A stretch of DNA of 64,000 nt from Candidatus Aenigmatarchaeota archaeon (lineage in GTDB: Archaea > Aenigmatarchaeota > Aenigmatarchaeia > GW2011-AR5): the NCBI GenBank assembly GCA_016187335.1, contig JACPJW010000001.1:512001-576000 (forward strand), read 5' to 3'. Shown piece by piece: positions 8,870-17,300 of the stretch; positions within the stretch are counted from its first letter, which is position 1; each line of letters begins with the position of its first letter. The translations under genes were made by a program, and so were the position numbers. Below the pieces are notes generated by a model. That model did not search any database and had not been told where the DNA came from. It saw only the letters and a list, made by a program, of their open reading frames with translations.

Positions 8870-10057
8870 ATGAGAATAGCGATGTTCACAGATTCTTACA
8901 GTCCCCAGATAAACGGCCTTGTGACGTCTATAGATGCTTTTTTGAAGCAATTGAGGAAAAAAGGGCATGACGTCCACGTCTTCGCGCCGCGCGTGCCCGG
9001 TTACCATGATAAGGACAGGAGAATACACCGCTCCGCTTCCTTCGAGTTCGCGCCGTACAAGGAGTACAGGATAGCCGTGCCCGCCGCCATAAAGGGCAGT
9101 TTCGATATCGTCCATGTCCACAGCCCGTTTTCCATGGGGTTTTCCGGCATTGCTTATGCAAGAAAAAACAGAATCCCGGTTATCGGGACGTTTCATACGC
9201 TGTTCCCTGAATACGGGCATTATCTCATAAAATCAGAGAAGCTGCTGCGCCTTTTCAGGGGCGCCTACAGAAAAATAAGCTGGTCGTACCTGCGGTGGTT
9301 CTACAGCAAATGCGATTACATCACCGTGCCTTCCGGGCATGTAAAGAAACAGATGATAAAGCACGGGATAAAAAGGCCTGTATACGTCATTCCAACGGGC
9401 ATAGAAGTGAAAAGCCTGGGGAAAGGCAGGAAATCGCTGCGCAGGAAGCACGGCTTTGCCGGCGAGAAAATAATACTGCACGTAGGGCGTCTGACTAGGG
9501 AAAAAAACATCCTTTTCATCTTGCGCTCGCTGGAAAAACTGCTCAGAAAAGAAAACGCCGTCTTTGTCATCACTTCAGACGGGCCTTACAGGAGTGAGCT
9601 GGAAAGAGAAGCAGTGAAGCTGGGGCTGCAGAAGAAAGTGAAGTTCACGGGTTATGTGGACAGCGAACGCCTTGGGGAATTGTACGCCATAGCCGATGTT
9701 TTTGTCATCGCGTCAAAAACGGAGACGCAGGGCATAGTCCTTATAGAAGCCGTTGCGAATAAGCTGCCGATAGTCGCGCTGAACGCCCCGGTTACAGGCG
9801 ATTTCCTGAAAGAAAACGAATACGGAATTGTCGCCAACAGCAAAAATTTCGCCGGCAGGGTCTCCGCTGTCCTGAAAAGCGGAAGGAAAGCAGAGGAAAG
9901 CGTCAAGAACGCCCCTGTTGTGCTGGAAAAATACAGCGCTGAAAGCTGCGCTGATGAGATGCTGAAGTTATACGAAAAAGCAGCCGGAAAAATGACCTCT
10001 TCAGCGGTTAATCATAGTCGGGATAGCCCTGCTTCAGTGCGCCGCCCTTCAGCATGA
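8870..10057 (+). CDS. Family 4 (GT-B) glycosyltransferase
   Basis: MRIAMFTDSYSPQINGLVTS, HVHSPF, GRLTREKN, ETQGIVLIEA. Confidence 0.92.
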   Translation: MRIAMFTDSYSPQINGLVTSIDAFLKQLRKKGHDVHVFAPRVPGYHDKDRRIHRSASFEFAPYKEYRIAVPAAIKGSFDIVHVHSPFSMGFSGIAYARKNRIPVIGTFHTLFPEYGHYLIKSEKLLRLFRGAYRKISWSYLRWFYSKCDYITVPSGHVKKQMIKHGIKRPVYVIPTGIEVKSLGKGRKSLRRKHGFAGEKIILHVGRLTREKNILFILRSLEKLLRKENAVFVITSDGPYRSELEREAVKLGLQKKVKFTGYVDSERLGELYAIADVFVIASKTETQGIVLIEAVANKLPIVALNAPVTGDFLKENEYGIVANSKNFAGRVSAVLKSGRKAEESVKNAPVVLEKYSAESCADEMLKLYEKAAGKMTSSAVNHSRDSPASVRRPSA

Positions 10058-10718
10058 AAGCGGCCGAGGCTTTTATGTAGAAACTTACAATGCCCAGCCA
10101 TCCCATCTTTCCTATTCTTCTTGAAGAGGTGCGCACCTTTATGTCGTGGAAAAAGACGAAGCGCCTGTGCTTGTGCATCCTTTTCGCCAGCTCGTGGTCC
10201 TCGTTTGTTTTGAGAGCGGGATTGAAGCCGCCTACGGCGTGGAAGTGCTCTTTCCTGTAAATGAAGCAGCTGCCGGCTGTCATCGGCATCCCTGCTTTTG
10301 TCAGAAGGCGCGGTATGTAATTTATCCAGTCATAGATTTTTCTTGTGTACGGCCCGCCGTCGTAGCATTCCAGGACGCATACGCCGCCGCCAATGTCCCT
10401 GCTGGAAAATTTTTTCTCTATCTTGTCCAGAAAGTTTTTGTCAAAGCGCACATCGGCATCGGCAAAGATAAGTATGCCGCCTTGTGCGCATTCCGCTCCG
10501 GTGTTGCGGGCAAGGCCGATGCCTTTCCTTGGTTCCTGGACAAGCAATCCGTGCTTTTCAGCTATCCTGTGAGTTCCGTCTTTGCTCAGGGTGTCAACAA
10601 CTATTATTTCGTAATCGCTGCGCCGCTGGTTCTTTATGGATTTTATACATTCCTCTAAATAGCTCTCTTCGTTCCGCGTAGGGATGATGAACGAAAATTT
10701 CGGTTTCATGTTTTTCAT
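10008..10718 (-). CDS. Family 2 glycosyltransferase (true start 10718 or 10709; the called extension runs through the tRNA)
   Basis: IIPTRNEE, VVDTLSKDGT, ARNTGA, FADAD, NED motifs. Confidence 0.9.
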   Translation of the reverse strand: MKNMKPKFSFIIPTRNEESYLEECIKSIKNQRRSDYEIIVVDTLSKDGTHRIAEKHGLLVQEPRKGIGLARNTGAECAQGGILIFADADVRFDKNFLDKIEKKFSSRDIGGGVCVLECYDGGPYTRKIYDWINYIPRLLTKAGMPMTAGSCFIYRKEHFHAVGGFNPALKTNEDHELAKRMHKHRRFVFFHDIKVRTSSRRIGKMGWLGIVSFYIKASAAFMLKGGALKQGYPDYD

Positions 10719-10720
10719 AG

Positions 10721-10887
10721 TGCCCCCAGCGGGATTCGAACCCACGTCACGAGCTTGTTGCTTTTCCGTAGACGCTTTTGCGAAAGCAAAAGGGTCTCCG
10801 CAAGCTCGCATTCTCTTCGGATAAATTGTTATCCGAGACCTCGGAAATCTCTGATTTCCGCAGATGTCCAGGCTAAACTATAGGGGC
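10721..10887 (-). tRNA. tRNA-Arg(GCG) with two insertions: D-loop (~10815-10865, 51 nt) and canonical 37/38 intron (10756-10797, 42 nt); CCA not encoded
   Basis: Removing both inserts gives GCCCCTA TA GTTT AGCCTGGACA GAAT G CGAGC TTGCGGA GCTCG TGAC GTGGG TTCGAAT CCCGC TGGGGGC A, a complete cloverleaf. The 37/38 intron has central helix TTGC/GCAA with 3-nt bulges GGA and CAA. Confidence 0.92.
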
Positions 10888-10952
10888 AAAATTTAATATT
10901 TAATGCATCTCAAAACAACCTTTTAAATCATTTATGTGCAATTAGCGTAGTG

Positions 10953-10981
10953 GAAACTTTTCAGAAAAGTTTCATCAAAAC
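10953..10981 (+). repeat. Type A hairpin module nested in an ATTTATGT/ACATAAAT stem
   Basis: GAAACTTTT-CAG-AAAAGTTTC-ATCAAAAC. Confidence 0.8.
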
Positions 10982-11002
10982 GACATAAATGAGGTTATGA
11001 TT

Positions 11003-11161
11003 ATGAAGTGCATATCGTGCCACAAGAATCTTTTGTCTGAAGACGATTTCACGAAATTCAGCTGCCCATCGTGCGGCGGCGAAGAAATCTTAAGGTGCGC
11101 AAACTGCCGCGTGAAAGGCGTCCTGTATCAATGCACAAAGTGCGACTTTGAGGGGCCTTAG
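11003..11161 (+). CDS. Small zinc-ribbon protein (DUF1610/HVO_2753 family), 52 aa, below ORF-track cutoff
   Basis: MKCISC...FSCPSCG...RCANCR...YQCTKCDFEGP; four CxxC motifs; conserved position upstream of EF-1beta. Confidence 0.92.
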   Translation: MKCISCHKNLLSEDDFTKFSCPSCGGEEILRCANCRVKGVLYQCTKCDFEGP

Positions 11162-11191
11162 AAAAGCAGAAAGCCTTGGCAGATGATAATC

Positions 11192-11464
11192 ATGGGAAAC
11201 GTAGCTGTCACATTGAAGATAATGCCCGAATCGCCTGAGGTTGACATGGCTGGGCTCAGGAAAAAGATAGAACAGCTGTTTGAGGAGTTCCACGAGGCAA
11301 AGCTTCAGCAAATCAGCGAAATGCCCATAGGCTTCGGGCTGGCGGCGCTGCAGGTTTTGCTCGTTCTGCCGGACACGGCAGGCGGATCTGACGCTATAGA
11401 AAAGGCGATATCAGCAATAGAAGGCGTCGCTTCAGTTGAAAGCGAAGGCGTTACGCTTATCTAG
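11192..11464 (+). CDS. ef1b: Translation elongation factor 1-beta
   Basis: MGNVAVTLKIMPESPEVD...PIGFGLAAL. Confidence 0.95.
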   Translation: MGNVAVTLKIMPESPEVDMAGLRKKIEQLFEEFHEAKLQQISEMPIGFGLAALQVLLVLPDTAGGSDAIEKAISAIEGVASVESEGVTLI

Positions 11465-11512
11465 TTCACTGAATCTACTTTAAATTATTATTGAGCATAT
11501 TATCCCTTATTC

Positions 11513-11953
11513 ATGAGATATGACTTTACTCTGGATGATGGAGAAACCGTCAGCGTTGATACAAGAGAATTAAGTTACGGAGCAATTTGGAATGCGCTGC
11601 GGCTGAAAGGCAGGGAAAGAGAAGCAGCAAACAGAGTTATTGATTTGTACAATAGGGAGCCGCCGCGCCATCAAGCAGACCATTATAGGACTAGGATGGA
11701 GATAGAAAGAGCCGCGCAAAACAATAAGCTTGTAAGGAAATTGATTCATTGCAGAATTCTTGAGCTTCATTTCAAGTGGTGGCGACATCTGGTTACAAGA
11801 AGAGAAGAAAGAGGCGGAATTAGAATTGGTCCGGGACATGCAAGGCATCTCCAGGCACCGTACAGGTTGGATGTTTGGAAACTTCACACACTGGATCCGG
11901 ACTACGAACCTGAATACGAGGAATCTGAGCACGAGCCTGCACATACATACTAA
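11513..11953 (+). CDS. Orphan hypothetical protein (AT-richer than flanks)
   Basis: 146-aa ORF filling the ef1b-fen gap; no family recognised. Confidence 0.65.
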   Translation: MRYDFTLDDGETVSVDTRELSYGAIWNALRLKGREREAANRVIDLYNREPPRHQADHYRTRMEIERAAQNNKLVRKLIHCRILELHFKWWRHLVTRREERGGIRIGPGHARHLQAPYRLDVWKLHTLDPDYEPEYEESEHEPAHTY

Positions 11954-12007
11954 GCATTATAAATCTTCTTCTGCAATTTTATTGTAGTTTTCCGCTCTGG
12001 TGAAAAG

Positions 12008-13024
12008 ATGGGAATACAGATGACAAGCCTCGTCGAGGGCGAGGAAGCAACTATAGAGCAGTTCTTTGACAAGAAAATAGCCGTGGACGCTTACAACTGG
12101 ATTTACCAGTTTCTGAGCATTATCAGGCAGCCCGACGGCGAGCCCCTGAAGGACAGCAGGGGCAGGATTACTTCCCATCTGTCCGGACTGTTTTACAGGA
12201 CGATGAAGCTGATGGAAGCCGGCATAAAGCCCATATACGTTTTTGACGGCAAGCCTCCTGAGTTTAAGCGGGCTACGGCAGACCAGCGCCGTGACGTGCG
12301 GGCGGAAGCAGCGCGCGAATGGGAAGAGGCGCTGAAAAGAAAGGATTACGAGGCGGCGAGAAAATACGCGCAGCGCGCTGTCACCATAACCGGCGAAATC
12401 GTGGAGCAGTCAAAACGGCTTCTGGAGGCGATGGGCCTGCCGGCAGTGCAGGCGCCCAGCGAGGGGGAAGCTCTGTGCTCGCTTATGTGCAGGCGCAGCG
12501 ATGTGTACGCCGTCGCGACGCAGGACTACGATTCCCTGCTGTTCGGCGCAACTCGCCTTGTCCGCAACCTGTCAATTACAGGAAAGAAAAAGCGCGGCTC
12601 GGAATACATAACAATAAACCCGGAAATGCTCGTCCTGAATAAGGTGCTGGAGCAGTTGGAAATCACACAGGACCAGCTTATATTATTAGGCATCCTTATT
12701 GGCACGGACTACAACCCGGGCGGCGTTCCCGGCTACGGACCGAAAAAAGCACTGGAGCTTGTCAGGGAAAAGAAAACGCTGCATGCCGTGAAGGAAAGCG
12801 TCATCTGGGATTTTGACGTCGACATGGAGGATATCTTCGCTTTTTTCAAGAAGCCAGAGGATGCTGACTACGACATAACCTTCGGCAAACTCAGCGAGGA
12901 AAAAATCGTAAAGATGCTCTGCGACGAGCACGACTTCAGCGAGGAAAGAATCGTAAACGCCTTGAAGAAGTACAAAGAATCAAAAGGCGAAGGCCAGCGC
13001 TCGCTGGGCGGTTGGGTGAAATAG
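12008..13024 (+). CDS. fen: Flap endonuclease 1
   Basis: AVDAYNWIYQFLSIIRQPDG, APSEGEA, QDYDSLLFGA, GTDYNPGG, C-terminal PIP box QRSLGGW. Confidence 0.97.
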   Translation: MGIQMTSLVEGEEATIEQFFDKKIAVDAYNWIYQFLSIIRQPDGEPLKDSRGRITSHLSGLFYRTMKLMEAGIKPIYVFDGKPPEFKRATADQRRDVRAEAAREWEEALKRKDYEAARKYAQRAVTITGEIVEQSKRLLEAMGLPAVQAPSEGEALCSLMCRRSDVYAVATQDYDSLLFGATRLVRNLSITGKKKRGSEYITINPEMLVLNKVLEQLEITQDQLILLGILIGTDYNPGGVPGYGPKKALELVREKKTLHAVKESVIWDFDVDMEDIFAFFKKPEDADYDITFGKLSEEKIVKMLCDEHDFSEERIVNALKKYKESKGEGQRSLGGWVK

Positions 13025-13140
13025 ACCCTTTCAAACTTTTAGAAAAAGTTTGATTAAAACGGAAAGAGAAAGCGTCTGCGGAAATCTGCAAAGAGCAAAG
13101 CTCTTTGAGATGCCAGGAAGCTTTGCTTTCTGAGCAAGAA
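13022..13140 (+). repeat. Composite element: type A module inside a type B stem, followed by a type C double hairpin
   Basis: TAGAC-C-CTTTC[AAACTTTTAGAAAAAGTTTGATTAAAAC GGAAAGA]GAAAG-C-GTCTG-CGGAAA, then CAAAGAGC-AAA-GCTCTTTG AGATGC CAGGAAGC-TTT-GCTTTCTG. Confidence 0.85.
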
Positions 13141-13170
13141 GCATATTAAAAATTTAGAAATTTGCGAGAA

Positions 13171-13503
13171 TCAGACCGGGCAGCCGCATCCTCTCAGGCA
13201 GGCATCTTGCAATTCAGCGCCTGTAACGCCAGGGTATTTTTGCCCGCATATAACATCTAACCTTGTTGTTTCTCCGGGAGCTTTGTAATCCTTGACCTCT
13301 ACGTCATCTATCTTGGTTCTATCGCAGCTGTAAGCGCTCCTCAATGTCTGGCAGCCTTTTCCATAAGCCTGCTCCATCTGGATTGTTCCTGCGCCTGCGC
13401 CGAACTGGCTGCTGAACAAAGCCGCCGCCACAACAAGAACGAGCACGGCTATGGCCACGATGACTATGACATTGATAGGAAGTTCCAGCCCTTTTGAAGC
13501 CAT
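13171..13503 (-). CDS. Pilin-like protein with class III signal peptide
   Basis: MASKG|LELPINVIVIVAIAVLVLVV; Cys-rich C-terminus ending CGC. Confidence 0.8.
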   Translation of the reverse strand: MASKGLELPINVIVIVAIAVLVLVVAAALFSSQFGAGAGTIQMEQAYGKGCQTLRSAYSCDRTKIDDVEVKDYKAPGETTRLDVICGQKYPGVTGAELQDACLRGCGCPV

Positions 13504-13578
13504 GAAATCACTCTAATCTTAATTGCGTGAGGCTGTATATAAAGTTTGGTCGTCTGACGGGAAAGAAAAGTGGCATAA

Positions 13579-13905
13579 TTATTTATTTTCCGCCTTCGGC
13601 AAGGGCTGCGGGCAGAAAAGGCTGCAGCAGGTCTGGACGCACTCTTTGCCTCCCTGGGTTTTGCATTTTTCATAGTTAAGCTTGGTGCATAGCCTGACAA
13701 GCTCGGTTTCAGCGCCTTTGGTGCATTCTATGTCGTTGTTCACGTGCTTGATGCACAGGTCCCTCTGCTTGTTGAGGTCGTCGATGCTGCTTTCCGCCGG
13801 CCGGAAATTGGCATTGAAAAAGTAAAGAAGCACTGTCAGCACAAGAACTGATAGCGTAAGGACAACAATCGTTTCCAGGGTCAGCGAAACGCCTTTCCTT
13901 CGCAT
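13579..13905 (-). CDS. Pilin-like protein with class III signal peptide
   Basis: MRRKG|VSLTLETIVVLTLSVLVL; Cys-rich. Confidence 0.78.
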   Translation of the reverse strand: MRRKGVSLTLETIVVLTLSVLVLTVLLYFFNANFRPAESSIDDLNKQRDLCIKHVNNDIECTKGAETELVRLCTKLNYEKCKTQGGKECVQTCCSLFCPQPLPKAENK

Positions 13906-14028
13906 GATTATTATTTTGGTTTCCGATATATAAACAAAATCCACCATCTAAAAAATCACAAAACTCATAAATGCGGCAGAATCGGGCTTGCCTTTACTTT
14001 AACTTCTGCTTTGAGATTTATTGCTTGC

Positions 14029-15960
14029 TCATTCAGGCTCCGAGGTTTTTTCGCCGCAGACGTAATCGCCGATTTTTTCTCCTAAAGGCATTTTTCTCGC
14101 TGCGCCGCTCAGGGACGCGCCGCCCGCTCTGCACACGCTTTCATCCATTCCCGGAATATCAGCATTTCCGCACGTGTAAAGGCATCCCTGGTAGCATACA
14201 AGGTCCGCGGTGCTGCCTTTGTCCCAGTGGTAGAACCTGTACTGCAGGACGCGCACGGCGTTGCTGACGCCTTCCGTATAAGCTGGATGCACCCTCGTGC
14301 AGTCTATCGCAGGCAGATAATCTTCAGCGTTGAATTCCAGCGTGAACGGCCTTCTTAAAAATTCTTTTTTCGCTTCGTCAAAATAGTAATAGTTCCCGCC
14401 GGAGAAGGCCGCAATTGCCGAAGGCGGCTTGACATTCGGGGAGCCTGTGGTAGGTTCTGAAGAGCATGTTTTTTGCGTTGATGCGCCGCAGTCGTCCGTA
14501 TAGAGAACGCATGGGTTCACCGTGCCTTTGTCTATGGCATCGCTTGCATCACGCATCTCAAAATGAAGGTGCGGTCCCGTTCCTTCCCCGGTGCTCCCGG
14601 TCTTCGCTATTTCTTCGCCGGCAGTTACTTTTTCTTTTCTTTTGAATACCAAGTCGTTGTTTATGCTGCTCAGGTGCATGTACCACGTATAATAAGTCTC
14701 TCCGCCGAAGTCATGCCTTATCCTCATGCATACGCCGCCGCCTCCGCATGCATTGGGATTTATGTTGACGAAATCCACGGTGCCGTCAGCCGCGGCGTAT
14801 ACAGGTTCGCCCGTGTTCGCGCCTATGTCAATGCCGCCGTGAAAGTCCTGATTCCCGTTAAGTGTCCTGGTGCCAAAGCAGCTTGTAATCGCGTGGCTTT
14901 TTGTCGGCCATTTGAGAAATCCGGAGCTTGCAGAACCGCCTTCTGTTATCTTCACGTTCGCGTCGTAGTGCAGGTAAAGGCCTGCTCCTGCCGGCAGGAC
15001 GCCGCTTTCCGTCGGGACAATCAATTCCGGCCTTGTCCTGTAGTTCACGTTGATGACGGCTTTCTCAAGGTTGCCGGGATTTCTCAGCAGCAGTATATCG
15101 AGCAGCCCGTCCTTGTTGCTGTTGGTGAATTTTTTCAGATAATCGTCAGCGCTTTGTGTTGCTGCAATTCCAACGAAACGCGGAGCCCAGTCGTCCTGAT
15201 ACCTGAATTCATGCCTGTAAAGCTCGTTGCTGCCTGAGGACAGCTTCTCCGTGAAGCTGACGGAAAGTCCCAGAAGCAGTTTGGTTATCGCCTCCGCTGA
15301 AAGCCGCATCCTCTTGAATTCCGTTTCAACGAGGAACTTGTTTTCCAGCGGCCCGTAGGTGCACACAGCATTTTCGCAGCTGCCGGCGGATACGATGACG
15401 TCATGTTTCATCAGACCTTCAATGCCCTTGTCCGTTGCGGTTATTTTTGGATTCACGTTCTTTATTTCAATCGTCAGGCCGTTTGCCTCAAATTTTCGGA
15501 AATTTCCAAGCGAAATCATCTTTGCTTTCAGATAGCTGCTAAGCTGTTCATCATCCGGAATGCACGTCATCGGGTTGCCGCTGCCGTACAAACCCTTGGG
15601 CAAAAGTGATTCGTACAATTCCTGGCCTGACGACGCTGCAGTGCTTTTTTCTATTGCAGCATCCGTCTGCAGCCAGTACTTCTCCTTGAACCCTGCGGGC
15701 CTTCCGCCCTGAAGCCCGCAGCCTATCGCTTCGTCGCCTGTCTGGAAAACGCTTTGTATGGTTGAGACGGTCCAGGTGTTTCTCAGTGATTTCTGCAGAA
15801 GCGTGAACGTGTCGGATGTTTTTATTATCTGCAAAGAATCAAGGACCATTTTTTCCTGGCGCGCGCTGCCTGCTATTGCGTCCTCGTTCACTACAAACGT
15901 TAGAACAAGGACTATTCCGGTCATTATAATCAGCCCGTAAGTCATTGCAGCGCCTTTCAC
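14029..15960 (-). CDS. Large pilin-like protein containing an M23 (LytM/lysostaphin-type) metallopeptidase domain
   Basis: MKG|AAM + hydrophobic helix. M23 domain ~14500-14910: WP....ITSCFG, HGGID, VYAAADGTV, YMHL, TGSTGEGTGPHLHFE. Confidence 0.9.
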   Translation of the reverse strand: MKGAAMTYGLIIMTGIVLVLTFVVNEDAIAGSARQEKMVLDSLQIIKTSDTFTLLQKSLRNTWTVSTIQSVFQTGDEAIGCGLQGGRPAGFKEKYWLQTDAAIEKSTAASSGQELYESLLPKGLYGSGNPMTCIPDDEQLSSYLKAKMISLGNFRKFEANGLTIEIKNVNPKITATDKGIEGLMKHDVIVSAGSCENAVCTYGPLENKFLVETEFKRMRLSAEAITKLLLGLSVSFTEKLSSGSNELYRHEFRYQDDWAPRFVGIAATQSADDYLKKFTNSNKDGLLDILLLRNPGNLEKAVINVNYRTRPELIVPTESGVLPAGAGLYLHYDANVKITEGGSASSGFLKWPTKSHAITSCFGTRTLNGNQDFHGGIDIGANTGEPVYAAADGTVDFVNINPNACGGGGVCMRIRHDFGGETYYTWYMHLSSINNDLVFKRKEKVTAGEEIAKTGSTGEGTGPHLHFEMRDASDAIDKGTVNPCVLYTDDCGASTQKTCSSEPTTGSPNVKPPSAIAAFSGGNYYYFDEAKKEFLRRPFTLEFNAEDYLPAIDCTRVHPAYTEGVSNAVRVLQYRFYHWDKGSTADLVCYQGCLYTCGNADIPGMDESVCRAGGASLSGAARKMPLGEKIGDYVCGEKTSEPE

Positions 15961-17294
15961 TATTTGTCACCAACAGTCACTATGATTTTAGGAACATCTT
16001 TCGCTGTTTTCTCGCCGAAATTGCATTCCTCGCCTGTCGGTTCAATCGGCGGCGAGGTTTTTACCTTTCTCAAATCAGCTGTCACGCAGCACTGGTATGT
16101 GTTGCCTCTGGAAGCAGGGCAGTCTTTTGATATCTCGTGGTCTTTCACGCCGATAGATTCGCACTTCTGCACGTCAAGGCAGAATCCGCTCTTGCCTGTG
16201 GTTGTCGTGCATTTTATTGTCTGCGTCACGCAGCACAGATTTGCCGCGTCATTGCAAAAGCCGCGCGCAAGTTCGCCGCTGCACAAAGATTGCTTTGTTT
16301 TGGGGTCAGTGATTTTAGGGTCAACGCAGTAAAAAACCGGCGCGCCTTCCTTTGTTCTGTAAAGCAGCGGCACTTCAGCGGAGACAAGCGCTCCCAGTTC
16401 GGCAATGCCGACTTTGTCAGCAGGCGCGCAGCATGTTGTCGCGTCAAATGAAAAGGTTTTCCCGCCGCCCGGCAAGGGCACATTAACAACAGGCAGTTTT
16501 TCCGGCACGGTAATCCTTTTGCCCTTGCATTCGTTGGAGCCTTGCGGTATTTCTATCCTTCCTTCGCTGCAGAAATAATCGCACACACCAAGATCATTCG
16601 CGCCGCATCTTGCGACTGAAGGCTTGTCCGGCGGCGGGTTGTTGTAATCGCCGTTTTCTTTCACATCTTCCTTGCAGCACGCGGTGTTCAGATTGACAAG
16701 GCTTTTTTTCGTGTCAAGGAAATTGAACAAAGGGCATTTGCCTTCTGCTGAAATTTCAATTCTTCCGACGCCGCAGGGCGCTGCCGGCGTGGGATTGTTT
16801 ATCGGGTCAAGCTGCGGCGTTGAGCAGAATCCCTCGTCTTTCGCGCCGCATCGCCTTCCGTTCTTGTCAAGCTCGTATGTTACGGCTTCCCCGGAAATTA
16901 TTTTTACATTGTAATATTCTAAAGGCAGACCACTCAGATAATTCCTTATCGCGTAGTCAAGCTTGTCCCTGTCGCTTGCAGGCATTTTTCCTGTAATTGC
17001 TGACTGCAAAGCTATTTCAGCAATTGTCCGCTCGTCAGGCTTCAGCAGCATCATGATGTGCGCAATGGAATAAGGGTCCTTTGAAAGAAGGATAATTTCA
17101 TAGCTCCGCGACGACCTCGGGTCCGCGCCTGCTATCGCAAGGATAGTTTTCATGACAAGGGTTAATATGATCATAATGATTCCTATGAAAACAATAAGCA
17201 GTACGCCGACAGGCTCTATCTGCCCCTTGAAGGATTTCCGGATTTTCCCTGTTTTGTTTTTCCCTGATTTATAGTGATTTTTCATAAACATCAC
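15960..17294 (-). CDS. Class III signal peptide protein with Cys-rich repeats
   Basis: FKG|QIEPVGVLLIVFIG; repeated CG...G.C...C..GRIEI....C...CC units. Confidence 0.75.
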   Translation of the reverse strand: MMFMKNHYKSGKNKTGKIRKSFKGQIEPVGVLLIVFIGIIMIILTLVMKTILAIAGADPRSSRSYEIILLSKDPYSIAHIMMLLKPDERTIAEIALQSAITGKMPASDRDKLDYAIRNYLSGLPLEYYNVKIISGEAVTYELDKNGRRCGAKDEGFCSTPQLDPINNPTPAAPCGVGRIEISAEGKCPLFNFLDTKKSLVNLNTACCKEDVKENGDYNNPPPDKPSVARCGANDLGVCDYFCSEGRIEIPQGSNECKGKRITVPEKLPVVNVPLPGGGKTFSFDATTCCAPADKVGIAELGALVSAEVPLLYRTKEGAPVFYCVDPKITDPKTKQSLCSGELARGFCNDAANLCCVTQTIKCTTTTGKSGFCLDVQKCESIGVKDHEISKDCPASRGNTYQCCVTADLRKVKTSPPIEPTGEECNFGEKTAKDVPKIIVTVGDK

Positions 17295-17300
17295 GAAATT

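Noticed and set aside
10719-10811. N-terminal extension (MRACGDPFAF...) of the called 10008..10811 ORF
   Set aside because: It runs through the tRNA-Arg gene; the glycosyltransferase homology starts at MKNMKPKF.
8227-13140. Reading the modules as ordinary intrinsic terminators
   Set aside because: The tails are A-rich on the upstream gene's sense strand. Copies also occur in divergent promoter gaps and inside a tRNA. A secondary 3'-end role is not excluded.
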